A DNA stretch of 64,000 nt from a virus: IMG/VR virus record IMGVR_UViG_3300019762_000001, positions 1 to 64,000 of that record. One strand, written 5' to 3'. The translations under genes were made by a program, and so were the position numbers. Shown piece by piece: positions 45,327 to 54,941 of the stretch; the first letter of the stretch is position 1; each line of letters opens with the position of its first letter. The notes under the pieces were generated by a model that worked only from the letters and a program-made list of their open reading frames with translations, was not told the origin of the DNA and searched no databases.

Positions 45327-47633
45327 TTAGTTTAGTTTTCCATTGTTAGCTTTCATAAACTGCTGATCCCAGTATCCCTCCCCTCCATAGGGTAGTATCT
45401 CAGAGTTTTGGTTAGACTGGGGTACTTGTAAGATATCTTCTAATCTTTGTAATCTTTCTTCTAAGCTAGTAACCTTTTGTTTAAGTTTAGCATTATTATA
45501 CTGCATACTATCCTTGAGTTGTTCTAGCCGAGCAACTTTAGCACATAGAAGATCTATATAATTAACTGTCTTAGTTTTCATTGAATCTTGTAGAGTTAAC
45601 ACTAATTCAGGGTGAGTAAGAAGTATAGAATCAGCAACCACACCCACACGTCTTCTATCTGGGCTAGAATTCATGTGAAATTGTTTAATCTCAATCTTAT
45701 CGTAGGATTCTAGATTTTCAATATCTTTGATATCATGTTTAAGTCTGATATCTGAAGCTGTTGTAGATACATCTAATGCAGTAACTGTACCACTAGCTAC
45801 TATATTGCCAATTACATCTATACCGCTATCATCTATAGTAACTAATCCTTTTGAACCAGATGTTTCGTTGAGATTCTTGGTTATTCTTAATGCACCATTA
45901 ACATTATCTATTCCTATATTAGAGTTGTTGCCATGAGAAAATATCATACCTGGTGTATCTGATGTGCCATTGTTCATTTGTACATTGCCACTATCCCTGA
46001 AACTCCAGGCTGATCCATTTCCTACTATTACCCCATCACTAAAACTACCGCTACCTGTTACTTCGTGATTACCTGTTGTTTTAGTACCTAGTAGGGTTGT
46101 TTCAAATTTTAGGTCGCCTAAACCATATAACTGTTGATAAGTATTTGGAGTAAAGAGAGCCCCCAATCTACCCGAAATATTATCATATACTTGAAATGAT
46201 TTACCACCCGCTAAATCTTCAAGAGATAGATTAGTGCCACCAAGTGTACCTCGTTGCTTGAAATCCCAAGCTCGTTCAATATCCAGCTTAAGGACACTAA
46301 CACCATCACCTGTTGCACTAAAACTACCACTGCTAGCATTAATATCACCGCCAACTGCTATATCGCCTGTTATATCTATGCCGCTAGAAGATAGTGTTTG
46401 AACATCAGTCCCGCCAATATTTAGGTTTAGCTCAGAATTTGAGTGATTATATTCTAGATAAGCATCTAATCCACTTGATCCAAATGAAACTCTCCCGATA
46501 GAAGAATTCCCACTCTGGATAGCTATCCCGGCATTACCAGAGTTTACAATTGATACCTGTTTTAAAGAAGTCCAAGATGGGGGGTTTATGCCCCCTATAA
46601 TAACATTGCCACTAAACATACCACTACCCCCTGTAAAGTTACGAGAATCATCTATTGCTAGATTTCCCCCTACAGAGTAAGATTGAGCATTCCAGGGAGT
46701 TGTATTGTTGTTTGAGTTTTCTGAATGATAAAATTCCTTCCATGCCCCCCACGATGAACCATTATCGCCACTGTACCTCTTCCAAATACCTCCGCCTCTG
46801 GAATCAGAAGCGTAGAATATCTGATGTATCTCATTAGGATCATACCCTCTATATACATTCATAGTATGGCCATTATTAATAACCACAGGACTATCCCCTG
46901 TTGTTGAAGTACTAATCTGGTAATTACCAAGAGCTGTAACATCATTAATATTACCAGACGCAATACCCCTAAAATATTGAACGTTGGTTAAAGCCCCAAG
47001 GGTATTAAGTTCAGTTGTTGTAGAGTAATTTGGTTTATCGTTTAACCAGATTGGGTCTGTTTCTGAAAGATTAGCTTGTGTAAGAACTTCACTATATCCC
47101 GAAGAAGCACTTCCCACTTCTACCTTATCATTATCCTGACTTATCCTTAGAGCTAAGCTAGTACTTCCCCCATTATTATTAGCTAAGTAGGTAGTTCCGT
47201 CAGACCCAGTTGATAATACCGATTTATAGTTGGTAGGCCCCACAGTACGGGATTGGGCTATCTCTGAGTAGTCAGTGCCCTTTGACACCCCTATTCTATC
47301 ATGGAAGTAAGTTAATCCCCCGAAATGGGTTAATCCAGTAAAACTTTTATTACCTGTTAGAGTTTCTACACCATCCAGGGTTACATAGTTTGATAGGTCC
47401 CCAATAACATTTACCCACTGTGTACCATCTGACATATATAAGATATGGTTAGATGATACATAGAAGCTACCTGGTAATCCCACGGTGGGAGGGGTAGCGG
47501 AAGCTAATGGTACAACCCTAAACTCATAGGCTTTTAGTTTTTCATAGTATTCCCAGCCTTGCTGAGCATATACACTATTGATGGTGGCAATAAGAGCCAC
47601 CATTAAAATCAGTAATCTTTTCATCTGTTTCAT
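45327..47633 (-). CDS. tail-fibre-like protein with knob domain, S74 intramolecular chaperone and signal peptide
   Basis: MKQMKRLLILMVALIATINSVYA|Q; IHQIFY..IWKR..WGAWKEFYH knob; SDIRLKHDI plus coiled coil. Confidence 0.85.
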   Translation of the reverse strand: MKQMKRLLILMVALIATINSVYAQQGWEYYEKLKAYEFRVVPLASATPPTVGLPGSFYVSSNHILYMSDGTQWVNVIGDLSNYVTLDGVETLTGNKSFTGLTHFGGLTYFHDRIGVSKGTDYSEIAQSRTVGPTNYKSVLSTGSDGTTYLANNNGGSTSLALRISQDNDKVEVGSASSGYSEVLTQANLSETDPIWLNDKPNYSTTTELNTLGALTNVQYFRGIASGNINDVTALGNYQISTSTTGDSPVVINNGHTMNVYRGYDPNEIHQIFYASDSRGGGIWKRYSGDNGSSWGAWKEFYHSENSNNNTTPWNAQSYSVGGNLAIDDSRNFTGGSGMFSGNVIIGGINPPSWTSLKQVSIVNSGNAGIAIQSGNSSIGRVSFGSSGLDAYLEYNHSNSELNLNIGGTDVQTLSSSGIDITGDIAVGGDINASSGSFSATGDGVSVLKLDIERAWDFKQRGTLGGTNLSLEDLAGGKSFQVYDNISGRLGALFTPNTYQQLYGLGDLKFETTLLGTKTTGNHEVTGSGSFSDGVIVGNGSAWSFRDSGNVQMNNGTSDTPGMIFSHGNNSNIGIDNVNGALRITKNLNETSGSKGLVTIDDSGIDVIGNIVASGTVTALDVSTTASDIRLKHDIKDIENLESYDKIEIKQFHMNSSPDRRRVGVVADSILLTHPELVLTLQDSMKTKTVNYIDLLCAKVARLEQLKDSMQYNNAKLKQKVTSLEERLQRLEDILQVPQSNQNSEILPYGGEGYWDQQFMKANNGKLN

Positions 47634-47637
47634 GTTT

Positions 47638-48387
47638 TTAAAGTTGAGAATTTATTCTGTAATATAAAGTTCCATTTGGGTATCTCGTTGGGGGCATAAA
47701 TATGAATTTACCTATTTCTTTAGTTCCAAAACCCCAACCAGATCTAACCTTAGTCCCATCGGTAGCAGCATACTCTACCACCTCTATGTAATACCTATCA
47801 TTGGTTTGTCCCACTACAGTAACCTCTGTGTCTCCAGATATGGCTTTAGGGGTTATAGCCAATTGATTTTTTATATGGTTTACATCACTATCTACTTCAG
47901 GCTTACTATACACGTTTAGGTTTGTCCTAGCCACAGCCCTATCCGGTAAGTCCCCTAGGTTATTAGCTTTCTTTACATAGTCAGTTAGAGAAAAGTCTAT
48001 ACCCTCTTGCTCTGCTAACTTGTAAAATATATCGTTTGTCTTATCATACCTGTATATAGCCCAACCGGCATTAACAGTCGGATCATCAGAAGCATCCTGG
48101 ACAAATACGTTTTCCCCATTGGTTATATTAGCTTTATCCGCATCTCTCTCAGGGATATCTGGATAACCTTTATCTGCTGCCAAATGTAGATTGATACCAT
48201 TTAGTAGTACCTGCTTAGTAATATTCTTATTTACCCCTGCTTGTACTATGGTTAGTATATCCGGATCCTCAAAGGTATCAGCTGAGGGTAATTCTGATAT
48301 TCTAACCCTATTTAGGGATTGTTGTAGGGTATTAACTCGGTTAGTTAAGTTCTGTACCTGTAGTTCTAATTCTGCGTTACTGGCCAT
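47638..48387 (-). CDS. virion structural protein (fibre module)
   Basis: VRISELP and ERDA..VFVQDASDDPTVNAGWAIY motifs. Confidence 0.65.
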   Translation of the reverse strand: MASNAELELQVQNLTNRVNTLQQSLNRVRISELPSADTFEDPDILTIVQAGVNKNITKQVLLNGINLHLAADKGYPDIPERDADKANITNGENVFVQDASDDPTVNAGWAIYRYDKTNDIFYKLAEQEGIDFSLTDYVKKANNLGDLPDRAVARTNLNVYSKPEVDSDVNHIKNQLAITPKAISGDTEVTVVGQTNDRYYIEVVEYAATDGTKVRSGWGFGTKEIGKFIFMPPTRYPNGTLYYRINSQL

Positions 48388-48390
48388 GGT

Positions 48391-49086
48391 TTAAGGTTTT
48401 TGTGATTCAAGTTCAAAATGGGAGCCAGCTTCATCACTGAGTATTCCTAGCCCATTTTCTAAAGCTATTAATTTAGTCCCAGTGGTTATGGTCTTTAGCC
48501 TCATATCAATTGGCTCCATCCATCGTATAATTGGGTATATCTTAGAGATCAGAGTATCATCAACTGGTAAAGCTCCCTCGTGAGTAAATAAAATAGATAC
48601 ATCATAGGTTCCGAAGTCTGCAATTGGAGAATCGTAGTAATGGCCATCATCATATCTATGGTGGATTTTACCAATGTCTAGTGAGTCATAATAGAACTCT
48701 GTTTCTAACTTCTCATTAATACTTACTATGTACCCGAGATAAGCAAAAATCATTCTTATACCCTCATATGTACCCTTTAACTTTCTTAGACTTACATAGT
48801 AGTTCAATAGCCCACGGTTATATCGGTCTTTAAATACTGAACCAGAAGAGAGGAGTTCTGGGGGATTACCAAATTGCTCAGAGATAACCCATAAGAACCT
48901 TTCTGGTGTACCCAAAGCATCGTGTTTATCAAGGAAATTTTCTCCCTCTGGTATAATGTTCTGGGTTATTTCATCCTGGAATATTTCTATGTACCTCTCG
49001 AATAAGCCCTTACCATTACTATCCCTATAGGTATCTTGTGATTTATGGTAAGGCTCAAAAAAACTGTTGAATAAGTTATTTAGCAT
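48391..49086 (-). CDS. baseplate wedge protein (P2 gpI-like)
   Basis: follows gpJ; 'LRKLKGTYEGI' motif. Confidence 0.8.
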   Translation of the reverse strand: MLNNLFNSFFEPYHKSQDTYRDSNGKGLFERYIEIFQDEITQNIIPEGENFLDKHDALGTPERFLWVISEQFGNPPELLSSGSVFKDRYNRGLLNYYVSLRKLKGTYEGIRMIFAYLGYIVSINEKLETEFYYDSLDIGKIHHRYDDGHYYDSPIADFGTYDVSILFTHEGALPVDDTLISKIYPIIRWMEPIDMRLKTITTGTKLIALENGLGILSDEAGSHFELESQKP

Positions 49087-50762
49087 TATACGTTGGTTAT
49101 AGTTAGATTATTTACTGATAATACCGGTAGAGTATAGTCTGATATTTCCATATCATTGTTATATGGGTAAGTAGTAAACTCCCAAGAATCCCCCACAGTG
49201 TAGCTACCATCTGATAATTCTAATTGTATAGCTCCATCTACCGATAAATAGTTTGAGTAGAAAGAGATGGATGGTTGAGCTTTACCATCTTTATATAATA
49301 GGTATTGGTTACCGGCATATACTACCTTCCAATAAGCTCTTTGTGATGATCCTGGTAGTACTTCTATTAAAGATACATTCAATACATGGGTATTATCTCC
49401 TAAAGGTTTTGGTACTGGTTTAGTACTAAGCTTAGTAATGGTTACATACTCTGTAGAGGGTGAATTTTCTATAATTGCTATTATATCTGAATACCTGATA
49501 GCCTTGTTTATCCTAGACTTAGTAGCAGAATATTCAGCTAATAAAGCTAAAGCTACCTCGTTGGTATTAATCCCCTTATCATGCCTGAATTTAGTAGCTA
49601 AATCAAATGAAAGTAATAGCTCTGTTTGGCCAGCGGATTTTACAGTTATATTCCTACCCAATAATCTACGGCTAAAAATAAAGTTATAGGTACTTTCCAA
49701 TAGCTCGGTAGAAGCTTCTCCACCGTTTATTGGGCTTATAAATATTTCCAAGTATCTTGGGTGATAGTATCTTAGTACTGCATCAGCAACACCTGGAGCC
49801 AGTTTAGCTATATCTTCATGGTCTGATTCTGTTACTGCATACCATAGGGTCCTAAGGCTTAGTACAGAGTTCTTACGAATAGATTCCATAGATTCCACCT
49901 CTGAACCCCCAGTTGGGGCCATTGGATTTTTACATTTTAGATTATCGCTAGCTAACCCCGGTAGGGTTATTTGAGTTACGAAGTCTGTTATAGTTAGAGC
50001 CTTAACGTTATTCCCAGCATCACCAATTGTTGTTTTATAGGTAGCTATAATATCTTTATCTTTTGGGGGTATCTTGCCCTGTACTCCATTCCCGAATATA
50101 ATTGTTGGGACTTTATTTACTGATAGGGTAGTAGTAAAGTGGGCATCCATGAAATTAGAACTTGATAAGGTTTCTTTAAATACATAGATTTGCCCATCTA
50201 TTATTAACTGGATACTACCCTCTGCAACATCCTTTGGCATATCCACTATCTGTGAGGGTAATCCATTGGTCCTACCCACATTTTGATTAATCGCTGCCTC
50301 TACTTGGTAGGCTGATATAGTAGTTTCTGATGTACCATTTTCTATCGTAGCATCCGATACTGTCTGGAATTGTATACCCCCAGCTTCAATTATTGTACCA
50401 GAGGGAATAAGATGGTCAACAGCAGCTATTATAGGGCTTCCATCATTTGCTTCTAAGTAAAGGATTAAATCTACCGTAGCTGGTATACGAGAATTTATGT
50501 GGTAGTCATAAGCTCTAGCATGTTTTAAAACGCTACTAAACCTCCTTGCTGTAGGCAAGAAGGATTCCCTGGATAGGTTATCAAGGTAAGCATTTAGTAG
50601 TTCTGCTATCCCAGAAAACATCTCTATAATAACTATAAGGATATGGTTAGGAGAGAAATCTGTGATTTCAGGTACCTTTATCTTTAGCCGGGTTAGCAAA
50701 CTAGCTTTAACCTTTTCGTAGCTCCTATCAAAGTAAGTTACCCAGTCATTTGAAAATTTCAT
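49086..50762 (-). CDS. baseplate wedge protein (gpJ/T4 gp6-like)
   Basis: ESFLPTA, FGNGVQGKIP, GGSEVESMESIR, AVTESDHE. Confidence 0.92.
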   Translation of the reverse strand: MKFSNDWVTYFDRSYEKVKASLLTRLKIKVPEITDFSPNHILIVIIEMFSGIAELLNAYLDNLSRESFLPTARRFSSVLKHARAYDYHINSRIPATVDLILYLEANDGSPIIAAVDHLIPSGTIIEAGGIQFQTVSDATIENGTSETTISAYQVEAAINQNVGRTNGLPSQIVDMPKDVAEGSIQLIIDGQIYVFKETLSSSNFMDAHFTTTLSVNKVPTIIFGNGVQGKIPPKDKDIIATYKTTIGDAGNNVKALTITDFVTQITLPGLASDNLKCKNPMAPTGGSEVESMESIRKNSVLSLRTLWYAVTESDHEDIAKLAPGVADAVLRYYHPRYLEIFISPINGGEASTELLESTYNFIFSRRLLGRNITVKSAGQTELLLSFDLATKFRHDKGINTNEVALALLAEYSATKSRINKAIRYSDIIAIIENSPSTEYVTITKLSTKPVPKPLGDNTHVLNVSLIEVLPGSSQRAYWKVVYAGNQYLLYKDGKAQPSISFYSNYLSVDGAIQLELSDGSYTVGDSWEFTTYPYNNDMEISDYTLPVLSVNNLTITNV

Positions 50763-50765
50763 AGT

Positions 50766-51134
50766 TTATAGGTTTATTGTAGTAGTTAATGTATCGATTT
50801 GATTATAGGGTAATATTCTATACTCAAGTGTTGCTGAAATAGAAGTTTGGGTTACTCTAGAGGTTACTATGCTTTTAAACTCTACCCTTGGTTCCCATAG
50901 TTCTATAGCATCTATAACAAAGAACTTAACCAGAGACTGTGTAATGAAGTCGTTTGGTTCCTCTATTATAGTTGGTATTCTTGAGCCATATGTATTTCTC
51001 CTATACCTTTGCCTTATCTCCCAATTGAGCAGCATTAGTAATGAGCTTTTTATAAGCTCTACCCGATCGGATAACTCCAGTTTACCATCGGTTAAATACC
51101 AAGGGTAAGCTATTCCTTTTTCTTTTAAAGCCAT
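50766..51134 (-). CDS. baseplate gp25/gpW-like protein
   Basis: YGSRI...IEEP...AIELWEPRV. Confidence 0.9.
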   Translation of the reverse strand: MALKEKGIAYPWYLTDGKLELSDRVELIKSSLLMLLNWEIRQRYRRNTYGSRIPTIIEEPNDFITQSLVKFFVIDAIELWEPRVEFKSIVTSRVTQTSISATLEYRILPYNQIDTLTTTINL

Positions 51135-51170
51135 TGTGTTTAGTTTAATTTTAGTGGTTATGGTCTCTAC

Positions 51171-51950
51171 CTATTGGACTACTTCTTTATTTTCTATATC
51201 CGGGATAGAACTCTCTTTTAGGCTTTGTTCTAAATAGGGTTTAACTAATGGGGTAGTTGGTGATCCGGGTGAAGCTGAAGTATGTGTATGTACCTTATAG
51301 TCCTCAATCAATTTATTATGGGCTTTTTCCAGGGCGTTTAATTTTTTTATAACTTCCTCAGCTTTTGGTATACCATATAATTTACCACCATTAATAGTAA
51401 TCTTATCCTTAAACATTTCTATACTTTTCTCCTCGTATAGTGCTTTAATATACTCGTCATGTAGAATAATGCTGCATTTATCTGAGTGGTTTACTAGAAT
51501 ACGCTCTTTCTCCATTCTAATAACAGACCCATCTGCATGAGTTATCTCTATTATATTATCTAGGTCGCTTAGTAGTACTTTATGCCCAGAGGGAGTTTTA
51601 AAACCATAACTTTTTTCAGTGAACTCATGGGGTTTTTCCTCCTCAAGATATCCAGAGAATTGCCACCTTGGGAATCTTGAATCCCCGAAGTCAAACCTTA
51701 TCTCTACCTTATCCCCTACCTCTGGTAATATATGAGCTCCATAGTTTTTACCAGAGAATTGACCTAGGGTAGGTACCCATCTTGGGTGTTCCGTGCTTTG
51801 GGTAATATTTGGTATGATTACTTTTATCCTATTCCTATTCTCTGGATCATCTACCCTAGTAACTATCCCCTCATAATGGGAATAGTATTTACCTATAGAT
51901 TCTAATCCATGATATAGTAAAGTCCTTAGAAAGCCTATTACTGATTCCAT
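51171..51950 (-). CDS. baseplate spike (gpV/gp5 OB fold)
   Basis: DDPENRNRIKV, LPEVGDKV, KTPSGH, HTH apex motif. Confidence 0.92.
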   Translation of the reverse strand: MESVIGFLRTLLYHGLESIGKYYSHYEGIVTRVDDPENRNRIKVIIPNITQSTEHPRWVPTLGQFSGKNYGAHILPEVGDKVEIRFDFGDSRFPRWQFSGYLEEEKPHEFTEKSYGFKTPSGHKVLLSDLDNIIEITHADGSVIRMEKERILVNHSDKCSIILHDEYIKALYEEKSIEMFKDKITINGGKLYGIPKAEEVIKKLNALEKAHNKLIEDYKVHTHTSASPGSPTTPLVKPYLEQSLKESSIPDIENKEVVQ

Positions 51951-51952
51951 TG

Positions 51953-53920
51953 TTAGAAATTTTCGGAGTTAATTCTGTATAAGTTTTTATTGTTGTAGTT
52001 GTTAAGCAGGGTAGAAACATTCTCATCCAGAGTTCCACTTGGGTAACTTAGGATATCTACTGCTTTTAGTGTTTTGTATTCTCTCTGGTAATTAACACTT
52101 GTAGCTACTCCACCCTGTACCCTTATGTGGTCTGGGTCTAACTTGCCAGTTGGTATCTCAAGATCTACCCCAGGTTTGAATATCATCTTCTCCCTTTCAT
52201 ATCTCTTACTATAATCCTCTTTAAGGATATTACCATCTTTGTCTACTTTAGCTGGAGATATTACAGAGGTAATACCACTGAAAGGGATAGCTTTTATTAA
52301 GCTCCCTGTACATAGGTAGGATGAGGTTGGGCTTATGTGATGTTCTATCTCCTTAATATAGTAGTTACCCTTATCTTCATTAGCTACTCCCCCGATAGCG
52401 ATTGTATCTTTTGTTTTAAGTATAGGGTTCCCAATCACTTTTATAGTGGCTTTACTCTTTTCCATATCTATCTCCCTCTGCTTATTAGATACTGAATCCC
52501 GCTCTGCATCAGGGTCCTCTTCTCTACGGATATATACTCTGTGCATGTCCATTTTACCAAGCATCACATTATCTATTCCTTCCCAATCCTGTGGCCTATT
52601 CTCTGGACGTTTACCCTCGGGGTATTCTTTTAAAGATTCAACTCTCTGGAATATGCCATATTTGTCATGAGCTAAATATGCCATGTACCAAACTCTGATT
52701 TCTTCCTCTTTTAAGTTATCCCCTATAGTTGTATCTGCAAGAATTTCTGGTAAGGGCCTTAAGTTTTTTAATACATGAAGGTAATGGTACATGTTCGTAA
52801 ACCCCTTTTCCTTATCAAGTGAAGTAGTACGGAGGAAATTGTTAGATCGGTTTTGTTTGAATTTCATGTCAGGAGTAAATTCCTGCAAGTCTCCAGGCTC
52901 CTCCCTATACCCATAGTAGTACCTAGGATCTTTCTCCAAATGGCGATTATGTAGGGTTAATGTATCTCCATTTCCGTCTATATACCAAGGTCCATCTGGT
53001 GCTGATTTTAGATAAGCTTCTATAATTTGGTAGGGGGATGATGAGAATGGTACAATATCAAATTGCCTAGCAGAAATGTACCGACCAAATACAGAGTTTA
53101 GTTCTTTCTTTTCGGACTTAACTTTTAGCTTTTCTATCTCCTCATCTATCTTGGATTCAGCTAAGGTAAACTCTAAGACATTACGCCTTGCTTCAAATAT
53201 AGCTCCAACATCTCTATCCTCAAAGGCTACCCCCTCTGTTAGCTTAGCAACTTTCTTTTTATTATCAGCTATTTTTTCAGCAAGGATTCTCTTCTTTTCC
53301 TGGGCAGCTTCATAATCAGATAGTTCATCCCATTTTATTGGGTCCTCAAGGTATGAGTTAGATATACTAACCGCATAATCATCCTCAGCCTCTGAGTTCC
53401 CTGCATCCCTATGTGGTATCTCATCGGGTTGAAGCTCATGTACCTTTAGGGGTTTATAGTAGATAAGCTTACCCTGGTTTTCTATACGTAGGTTATATCT
53501 ACCCTCTGTAATACTCTCTAAGTATTCTAGTAAAGTAGTTTTTTTAGTACTGATGTCTTTCATGTACTTTAGCTGTGATACCATATCGGTACATGTAATG
53601 ATATAGAATATTCCACCAGTGCAGTATCTACGTTTATACTCCTTTACCATAACCGGTACTAATCCGGAATTAGCTTTCTTTAACCAGCCCCAGTTTAGGT
53701 ATAGCTTAGTCCTATGCTTTATATTAAGGTTGTTAAGATCTTGGGTACTCCTTAGGAATATAGTGATAGTACACTCATCATCATCAGCCTCTTTATACTT
53801 GTATGTGAAGTTAGTTATAAACCCCCTAGCGTCTGAGTCATTTGAGGCTAATGGCTTATCCTCGGAGTTATAAACAACAACAAAAGGGGTACCATACCCC
53901 TTGTTTATTACATTACTCAT
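51953..53920 (-). CDS. baseplate hub protein (gpD/gp27-like)
   Basis: LNWGW, IGNPILK..GNYYIKEIEH; position. Confidence 0.8.
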   Translation of the reverse strand: MSNVINKGYGTPFVVVYNSEDKPLASNDSDARGFITNFTYKYKEADDDECTITIFLRSTQDLNNLNIKHRTKLYLNWGWLKKANSGLVPVMVKEYKRRYCTGGIFYIITCTDMVSQLKYMKDISTKKTTLLEYLESITEGRYNLRIENQGKLIYYKPLKVHELQPDEIPHRDAGNSEAEDDYAVSISNSYLEDPIKWDELSDYEAAQEKKRILAEKIADNKKKVAKLTEGVAFEDRDVGAIFEARRNVLEFTLAESKIDEEIEKLKVKSEKKELNSVFGRYISARQFDIVPFSSSPYQIIEAYLKSAPDGPWYIDGNGDTLTLHNRHLEKDPRYYYGYREEPGDLQEFTPDMKFKQNRSNNFLRTTSLDKEKGFTNMYHYLHVLKNLRPLPEILADTTIGDNLKEEEIRVWYMAYLAHDKYGIFQRVESLKEYPEGKRPENRPQDWEGIDNVMLGKMDMHRVYIRREEDPDAERDSVSNKQREIDMEKSKATIKVIGNPILKTKDTIAIGGVANEDKGNYYIKEIEHHISPTSSYLCTGSLIKAIPFSGITSVISPAKVDKDGNILKEDYSKRYEREKMIFKPGVDLEIPTGKLDPDHIRVQGGVATSVNYQREYKTLKAVDILSYPSGTLDENVSTLLNNYNNKNLYRINSENF

Positions 53921-54182
53921 TTTCGATATTTGGTATTATAAGTGTAGTGCCCGGGGTTAGTTCCCAAGGCTTAATGATTTCGTTAGCTTGCATTATTATA
54001 AACCATGGCTCTGGACTACCATAATAATCCTCAGCTATTCTGGCCAGTGTATCTCCACTAACCACTACATGGGTTTTGTCTAGGTGGCTTGGTATGTATA
54101 CTTCGGGTAATATCTCTAAAGAGGAATCACCCTGTGGGTAGTTTACTACCAAACTTCTATCATACATTTTTCTGTCAGCCAT
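53913..54182 (-). CDS. LysM-domain tail protein (gpX-like)
   Basis: HVVVSGDTLARIAEDYYG..W..I..AN..L.PG..L.IP. Confidence 0.92.
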   Translation of the reverse strand: MADRKMYDRSLVVNYPQGDSSLEILPEVYIPSHLDKTHVVVSGDTLARIAEDYYGSPEPWFIIMQANEIIKPWELTPGTTLIIPNIENE

Positions 54183-54183
54183 T

Positions 54184-54939
54184 CTATCTTGTGTTTATAT
54201 TGGTTATTACTTCTTTAGACAACCGGTTAGTTTTAGTAACCCGTTTGAAGGTTAGTTTTTGCTCAGCCATTTGGGGTAATAAATCGGTACTTATAAATTG
54301 GCCATCCCTACCTATATACCCATTAGTGAATTGAGATAATTTGTATGGGGCATGTACTAATAGCCATTTATCTTTCTCAAATAGGGTAGCATTCCTACCC
54401 CACATAATCCTTACCGAATGTGGATCTTCTAAGTATCCATCGGCTTTGGTTAGAGCTTCTAGCCACCTACAGTTTTGTATTACATCTTTACGATCCTCCT
54501 GCTTAGAAAACCATTGTACCGTAAATTCAAGAGTATCCTCAGAACCATTAAATTGATAGTGAGGATTATTCCTTCCGGGTGAGGCAATAGCTTTAAAGCT
54601 AGAATTTGGATCCATATTGATTTCATCTGGGATATAGGGTAACTCCAAATACTGATATTTTCTTTCTCCTATCTTAGAGGTTTTAACATCCAGATCATAG
54701 ATAACTATCTTATCTATGTCAGCCCTTACCGGTTCATCAAATACTACATCCTGGCCTTTTTCTCTACTATCCTCTATTAGAGTTTCTTTACTATACCTGT
54801 ATGGTTGGGGCCCCTCCCCAATTACTGAAGTTCCTAATTCCCTACTGATTAGAATCGCAGATCTCTGTGCAACTCCCGTTATCTTGTGAAGACTTTTTAG
54901 TTTATTAAGCCTATCTATCCTTGGTATCCGTATAGCCAT
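54184..54939 (-). CDS. tail tube initiator / baseplate tube protein
   Basis: position after TMP; PGRNNPHYQF.G.E.TL.F. Confidence 0.75.
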   Translation of the reverse strand: MAIRIPRIDRLNKLKSLHKITGVAQRSAILISRELGTSVIGEGPQPYRYSKETLIEDSREKGQDVVFDEPVRADIDKIVIYDLDVKTSKIGERKYQYLELPYIPDEINMDPNSSFKAIASPGRNNPHYQFNGSEDTLEFTVQWFSKQEDRKDVIQNCRWLEALTKADGYLEDPHSVRIMWGRNATLFEKDKWLLVHAPYKLSQFTNGYIGRDGQFISTDLLPQMAEQKLTFKRVTKTNRLSKEVITNINTR

Positions 54940-54941
54940 AA

